Positions 53,985-58,165 of a stretch of DNA of 58,165 nt are shown here, piece after piece. Source of the stretch: a virus (taxonomy: Duplodnaviria > Caudoviricetes). The notes beneath the pieces are model-generated. The model had not been told where the DNA came from and made no database searches. It saw only the letters and a list, made by a program, of their open reading frames with translations. The DNA lies in the IMG/VR virus record IMGVR_UViG_3300037470_000764, positions 1-58,165 of that record, one strand, 5' to 3'. Position 1 is the first letter of the stretch. Each line of letters opens with the position of its first letter. A program made the position numbers and the translations under genes.

Positions 53985-54625
53985 TGGCGAAGCGGCCAAA
54001 CGCCAACGAGGAATTCCCGGTGAAGGAAAATTGCGAGATTTGCCGCGGCAGCGGACTGATACGTGTGCCGATCTTCAAACGATCGGTCGGCCCCCGCGAT
54101 GTACCGGCTTTTGGAGACCGTGACGAAACCTCGCGCTCCTATCCGTGCCCGGAGTGTTCCGGCAGCATCCCACAGGAGAGGCTGGAGGTTGTCCAGTATC
54201 ACGGGATGATGGACATGCGCGATGAACGGCACGGCGACCCGGAATTTATGCGATACGTCGCCAGAAATGCCGCACACAGCTTCGTGGAAAAACTCCTTCA
54301 GGATGGCTTCATACGATATGAAAGTGGGCCCGGCGACGGCCCAGGAGGTATGAGGATACCTATTCGCGCCAGCCTTGGCGTTGTCAGCCCCCGACACGTC
54401 GCCACGCTTGAACAGCGGATATCCGAGCGCCAGGGGGAATTGGCGCGCGAGGTTATCATCGAGGCTGAACGACAGATTGTGATGCGGCCCCCGGCTTACA
54501 CCGGCGCAGAGGGACTTATCTGGAAATTGGGCGCGGTTGAGGCGGTCAAGAACGCGCTGCACGTCGTACTCGAAAAGAGGGCGGCGATGAAGGCGGGCCT
54601 GCCCAAGACGAGGAAGGAGACGTGA
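53981..54625 (+). CDS. Protein with DnaJ-like CxxCxGxG zinc motif
   Basis: CEICRGSG...YPCPEC. Confidence 0.7.
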   Translation: MMAKRPNANEEFPVKENCEICRGSGLIRVPIFKRSVGPRDVPAFGDRDETSRSYPCPECSGSIPQERLEVVQYHGMMDMRDERHGDPEFMRYVARNAAHSFVEKLLQDGFIRYESGPGDGPGGMRIPIRASLGVVSPRHVATLEQRISERQGELAREVIIEAERQIVMRPPAYTGAEGLIWKLGAVEAVKNALHVVLEKRAAMKAGLPKTRKET

Positions 54626-54790
54626 TGTCGGACCTCAAGCGTTACAGACTGGTCCTTGCCGAGCGCATCCTTGAAGGCATGAAGCGCCGGCGAGGAGACG
54701 GAGAACCCGAAGGCGTCCTCGAACGAAATTTAAGAGAGATGGTTGAAAGGGAATCGGCACGGCAGCCACAAGGAACAAAGGAACACGGGC

Positions 54791-55294
54791 ATGAGCGATA
54801 AAACGGTTCTTTTGCATGATCTTCTGGCATCCCCTTCGGTTCTCGGGGACTATCAGCGGAATTTCCTCGCTCAGGTGCTCGCCGCGAGTGACCCGTCCCG
54901 CCCCACCGCAATAACGATCATGAAGTCCCGTAATATGGGCAAGAGCCGCTTCGACGAAATCGCCAAGCGAATATTCGAGGTCGAGCGGGCCGACCAGCTC
55001 TTGCGGATCGAACGTCTGCAAAAGCTGGTCACGTTCCTCTCTGCCCGCGCCAAGGCGGCACACACGCGGCCTGCCTCGCTTCGCGCTCACAGCCTCGTCG
55101 CTGCCGCTTACAGCTTCGGTATTGTGCTGGAGCCGATGAACCTGGGCGGGCTTCCAGTCCAATTTCTGGAGTTGCCGGTGAAGCAGGATGGGCAAATACC
55201 TGCCGATCTGGTTGCCATCTTCGACCGCGACCAGCGGATGATCGGGGCTTTCAACCTTTTCACCCCCGGAAAAAGCCAAGGAAGACGCAGATGA
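54791..55294 (+). CDS. Hypothetical protein
   Basis: AAGGA RBS. Contains KSRNMGKS but no other ATPase motifs. Confidence 0.6.
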   Translation: MSDKTVLLHDLLASPSVLGDYQRNFLAQVLAASDPSRPTAITIMKSRNMGKSRFDEIAKRIFEVERADQLLRIERLQKLVTFLSARAKAAHTRPASLRAHSLVAAAYSFGIVLEPMNLGGLPVQFLELPVKQDGQIPADLVAIFDRDQRMIGAFNLFTPGKSQGRRR

Positions 55295-55518
55295 GCGAGA
55301 ACCTTGAGGACACCATCAAGAGGTGGAAAGTCCGCGATGCCGGGATATTGAGGGCAGCCGAAGAGGCTCAGGTTCAGGCGGACCGCGAGGCCGAAGAGTT
55401 TCACAAACTCTATTCGACGATGCTGATGATGATCTACCTGCCGCGCGGAATCTATCTGCAGCTCGCCGCTCTTGCCGCTGCTGTGGTGCTTGCCACCGTG
55501 GCGCTGCTGACCTCCTGA
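55291..55518 (+). CDS. Small membrane-anchored protein
   Basis: C-terminal hydrophobic helix, ATGA overlap. Confidence 0.6.
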   Translation: MSENLEDTIKRWKVRDAGILRAAEEAQVQADREAEEFHKLYSTMLMMIYLPRGIYLQLAALAAAVVLATVALLTS

Positions 55519-55542
55519 GAGCTCCGGAAAACAAAAAGGAAC

Positions 55543-55926
55543 ATGCAGATGAGTGATAGCAACACGCCGGCGACCACCCTCCAACTGATGGAGCGCATCA
55601 ATCTCAGGCATCGACGGGTGGTGTCTCTGGCGGGGGAGGTAAGCCGCGCTCTCTTGAAGGCGCTGCCGGATCACGTCCCGCGTGATACGCAGAGCATCGT
55701 TTACGGGTGCCTTGAAGAATTGTTTGTAAAGCTTGGTGTCGAGGTTCTTACCGACTTCGACAGGGAACGCCTGGGCTTGCCGCCGCGCGGTCCGGACGGG
55801 TGGACAGCGGAAGAAATCCTCGCGCTCGAAGGCCTGCGTCTTGAAGCGATGACTCGCCCGCTGCAGATGACCATCCCGGCCTCCGAATTGCCGGAGGGGA
55901 TGAGGATCAATCCCTCAAAGTCCTGA
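55543..55926 (+). CDS. Hypothetical protein
   Basis: AAGGA RBS. Last gene of the plus-strand block. Confidence 0.65.
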   Translation: MQMSDSNTPATTLQLMERINLRHRRVVSLAGEVSRALLKALPDHVPRDTQSIVYGCLEELFVKLGVEVLTDFDRERLGLPPRGPDGWTAEEILALEGLRLEAMTRPLQMTIPASELPEGMRINPSKS

Positions 55927-56170
55927 ACGGCATGCCGGCGCCTGGCTGTGCCAGATAGTGCATGGTGCCGTCGCAACCGCGCAGGTGGCACGGATCCTCG
56001 CGATTGACGAGCGAGTAGGCGCCTCCGTGGGCGGCTATCAACAGGTCGAGATCGACCTTGAAACTGTTGTCGCAGCGTGAGCAGTGGGCGAACACGGGCA
56101 CATTCTCGGCCTTCATGCCGCCCACGGTCGTCAGGTGGGACCCCCATATCCTCGTTTTATAGCGGCTCAT
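55907..56170 (-). CDS. Small Zn-finger protein (moron)
   Basis: GAGGAG RBS, CSRC...VDLDLL...SLVNR..PCHLRGC. Confidence 0.75.
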   Translation of the reverse strand: MSRYKTRIWGSHLTTVGGMKAENVPVFAHCSRCDNSFKVDLDLLIAAHGGAYSLVNREDPCHLRGCDGTMHYLAQPGAGMPFRTLRD

Positions 56171-56180
56171 GGCACTCCTC

Positions 56181-56209
56181 GATGTACATCGGTGTACATC
56201 AATGTACAA
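56181..56209 (-). promoter_or_regulatory. Triple TGTACA palindrome array / promoter-operator
   Basis: TGTACA at 56183, 56193 and 56203 (10-bp period). TTGTAC-N17-TACATC on the minus strand. Confidence 0.6.
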
Positions 56210-56243
56210 AAAAGCGCCGCCTCCAGTGAAGGAAGCGGCGCTT
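56208..56243 (-). terminator. Intrinsic terminator of the lysis operon
   Basis: AAGCGCCGC...GCGGCGC stem followed by T6. Confidence 0.8.
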
Positions 56244-56260
56244 CATGCTCCGGTTTGGTG

Positions 56261-56422
56261 TCAGGCCTTCCGGCCGGCCGCGGCGGCATTCAGGTTGAAA
56301 GTGGTCAACGCGGCGTTGGCAGCATTCAGCGCGGCCTGCGCGAACTTCATGGCGTCGTCCGCCTTTTCAGATTCCGCCGCCTTCTTAATAAGGCTCTCGA
56401 CGTGTTTGCACTGTTCAGACAT
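56261..56422 (-). CDS. 53-aa helical protein; not in the ORF track
   Basis: GGAG RBS, MSEQCKHVESLIKKAAESEKADDAMKFAQAALNAANAALTTFNLNAAAAGRKA*. Confidence 0.65.
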   Translation of the reverse strand: MSEQCKHVESLIKKAAESEKADDAMKFAQAALNAANAALTTFNLNAAAAGRKA

Positions 56423-56504
56423 CGGGTTCTATCTCCGATAGATTGGCCAGCACTTGAATATCTTCAGCGGCGTGCCGGCGGGAACCGCCGATGCGGGAAA
56501 ATGC

Positions 56505-56780
56505 TCAGTCCGGCTTCGCCAGCCGCTTGCTGTACCACTCGGCCAGCTCGTTTCGTTCGGCGGCACACCTGTTCAGCGCGCGCACGTCACGCGCCCAGGC
56601 GCTCAGAATTTCCTCGAGCGGCATATCCCGGTTTTGAAGCCGCGCCTCAAGAGGTAGGAGAGATGGGTATGGGGCTATCAGCTCCACCGGCGGGCGGCAA
56701 AGGCTCTCCGGTCCGGCCGGCGTCGAACACCCGTACAGCGCGAAGGCGCATGCCGCAATAATCGCTGTCTTCACGAACAT
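56505..56780 (-). CDS. o-spanin (Rz1-like lipoprotein)
   Basis: Lipobox ALYGC, Pro-rich, CRPPVEL...C. Overlaps the i-spanin in another frame. Confidence 0.8.
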   Translation of the reverse strand: MFVKTAIIAACAFALYGCSTPAGPESLCRPPVELIAPYPSLLPLEARLQNRDMPLEEILSAWARDVRALNRCAAERNELAEWYSKRLAKPD

Positions 56781-57015
56781 ATTCTGTCACCGTCTTGATG
56801 ATTGTTTCGGTTTTTTGGTCTTCCTTGCGGCCGTCGGCGATCCGCTTCGCCGCCGCCGCCACGTCGCCGGCATAAGCTTCCGCCTGCGCCTTCCTGTCGG
56901 CTTCCAGCGCCGCCACGCGCTCGGAATCGTACTTCCAGCCATGGGTCTCCCATCCGGTCCAGAACGAAGCCGCAAGGGCTATAGCGATGCCGATCAGCAC
57001 ATAGGGATTCAACAT
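56647..57015 (-). CDS. i-spanin (Rz-like)
   Basis: N-terminal TM, helical periplasmic part, TIIKTVTEYV...C. Confidence 0.8.
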   Translation of the reverse strand: MLNPYVLIGIAIALAASFWTGWETHGWKYDSERVAALEADRKAQAEAYAGDVAAAAKRIADGRKEDQKTETIIKTVTEYVREDSDYCGMRLRAVRVFDAGRTGEPLPPAGGADSPIPISPTS

Positions 57016-57016
57016 T

Positions 57017-57181
57017 TCACACCCACCCGAATAAGTATGCGACGCCGAGCGCCCACGGCCCGACGACCGCGGAGACCATGCAACCGAACAGGAGCAGCGC
57101 GAGCGCCATCCCGAGATGGTCGCTCAAGCGCGGCCCGTCCGTCCGTGTCGCCAGATGGCACTTGCAAGACTTGACGCTCAT
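57017..57181 (-). CDS. Small membrane protein in the lysis cassette
   Basis: AAGGA RBS before MSVKSCKC, hydrophobic C-terminal half. Confidence 0.55.
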   Translation of the reverse strand: MSVKSCKCHLATRTDGPRLSDHLGMALALLLFGCMVSAVVGPWALGVAYLFGWV

Positions 57182-57182
57182 T

Positions 57183-57725
57183 TCAGTTCCTTTCCGGCCG
57201 CGCGAGCGGCAGTGGCGCGGCCGCCGGAGCACCGGCAGACGGCGTGCCGTCAAGGTTGCGGATGTGGATAAAGGCGCGATCCTCGCGGAGCATCGGCGCT
57301 GTCAGCACGGGATAAGTCTTTTGATACGCCGGCCGGCTCAGCCCGACGGCGAGCGATCCGTCTTTGGGTGATTTCATTTTGGTCTGGCCGCCAAGCAGGC
57401 AGCCTTCGGTGTTGGTGTGATAGTTGCCCCAGTGATAAAGAATCTCGGAGAAGTTCGGCACGGCTTTGAGGCGGATCATGCCGTGATGCACAAGGCCGAC
57501 CTCGGCCATGATCTCGGCCGCTTCCTTGTCGAAGCGCGACGTGCCGACGGGCTTGATCTCGAGCTCGTAGAGGCCGTCCGGGATCCGCGTCGTGCCAGGC
57601 ACCTTCACCGCGCGATAGCGATCCTCGGCGATGTAGCAAAGCCTGTCACCACCATCGAGAAGCTCGCCCCGTGTTGCGAGGCCGTCATGCTCGAGGCGAT
57701 TCAGCGTGAAGGTTACCTCGCTCAT
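57183..57725 (-). CDS. Endolysin, DUF5675 (L,D-transpeptidase-like fold)
   Basis: TRGEL...CYIAED...TRIPDGLY...VPNFSEILYHWGNYHTNTEGCLL. Confidence 0.85.
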   Translation of the reverse strand: MSEVTFTLNRLEHDGLATRGELLDGGDRLCYIAEDRYRAVKVPGTTRIPDGLYELEIKPVGTSRFDKEAAEIMAEVGLVHHGMIRLKAVPNFSEILYHWGNYHTNTEGCLLGGQTKMKSPKDGSLAVGLSRPAYQKTYPVLTAPMLREDRAFIHIRNLDGTPSAGAPAAAPLPLARPERN

Positions 57726-58105
57726 CCCTCGCCCCTTTCATCGACTTCCTCTTTCTTCTTGAACTCCGACAGCTCGAAGCCCATCGCGCGGATGCGCATC
57801 AGCGCGAGTTGCAGGATCAATTCCATGCCGGCGAAGCCGATCAGGTTTGCCACCGCCACCGCCGTCCAGCCGGTCAGGCCGAACTGCTCGACAATGCCAA
57901 GCGCCGCGAAGGTGCAGGAAACGCCCACAACCATGCGAACCTTCCACGCGAGCCCGAACCAACGGTGCTTGCCCGCACCGACATCCAGCGCGTGCTTGGC
58001 CATCGCGCCGGCAAAGACCGCAGCGGCAATGGCAAAGGCAAGCCCGGTCACGACGATCAGAAACGCGCTCCAGACCGCTTCGGCCGCTTTCTCGAACCAT
58101 TCCAT
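57722..58105 (-). CDS. Holin
   Basis: Three TM segments, charged C-terminus, AGGAG RBS, coupled to the endolysin. Confidence 0.75.
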   Translation of the reverse strand: MEWFEKAAEAVWSAFLIVVTGLAFAIAAAVFAGAMAKHALDVGAGKHRWFGLAWKVRMVVGVSCTFAALGIVEQFGLTGWTAVAVANLIGFAGMELILQLALMRIRAMGFELSEFKKKEEVDERGEG

Positions 58106-58120
58106 GAGCCCCCGCTCCTT

Positions 58121-58165
58121 TCACATCAGGCTGATCAGGTACGGCACGCCACCGAGAACCAGCCC
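58121..58165 (-). CDS. 3' end of a hydrophobic protein entering from the right edge (...GLVLGGVPYLISLM*)
   Basis: Open frame ending just before the holin RBS. Confidence 0.45.
   Translation of the reverse strand, partial: GLVLGGVPYLISLM

Larger units (their letters stand above)
1..58165. mobile_element. Temperate podovirus-like phage genome (Bcep22-like architecture), near-complete, excised/attP form
   Basis: Packaging, head, tail, ejection, replication, immunity, integration and lysis modules are all present. Phage genes continue on both sides of an intact attP. No host housekeeping genes seen. Confidence 0.93.

Noticed and set aside
54791-55294. Second terminase or ATPase suggested by KSRNMGKS
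   Set aside because: The protein is short and lacks Walker B and nuclease motifs. At most a remnant or coincidence.
1-58165. Window ends joining directly into a closed circle
   Set aside because: No terminal overlap is visible, and the partial ORFs at the two ends are out of frame when joined directly. Some sequence is probably missing.

Overview
The whole window is a GC-rich temperate podovirus-type phage genome. It appears near-complete and in the excised (attP) state. Its organisation resembles Bcep22/DC1-like phages, and the host is probably an alphaproteobacterium (inferred from the tRNA-Pro target and a TacA/NtrC-like HTH). The minus-strand late region (369-31183) holds terminases, portal, scaffold, a CsrA-like gene, an N4-gp56-type major capsid protein, adaptor and tail genes, a GNAT, ejection-type proteins and a ~3370-aa polyvalent protein, with two opposite-strand morons inserted. 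The central region holds an early operon, a DnaA-domain-I initiator with internal iterons, C5 and MT-A70 methyltransferases and a cro/repressor switch. A long plus-strand accessory operon follows (DUF968, DUF2303 pair, LRR-repeat protein, DUF5131, HslV-like peptidase plus HerA-like ATPase, ASCH), then xis/int/attP for tRNA-Pro(CGG), an initiator-like tRNA(CAT) and a lysis cassette. The most striking non-coding signals are: (i) an identical GGA-loop hairpin, GCGCAGGAGCGC, in the leaders of three late transcription units, paired with a phage CsrA-like gene; (ii) a near-perfect chromosomal parS site with no phage parAB; (iii) a 20-bp operator overlapping four promoters; (iv) a CCUCCUCCC-loop hairpin behind a possible SOS box. 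All protein calls come from motif recognition by eye, not database searches.
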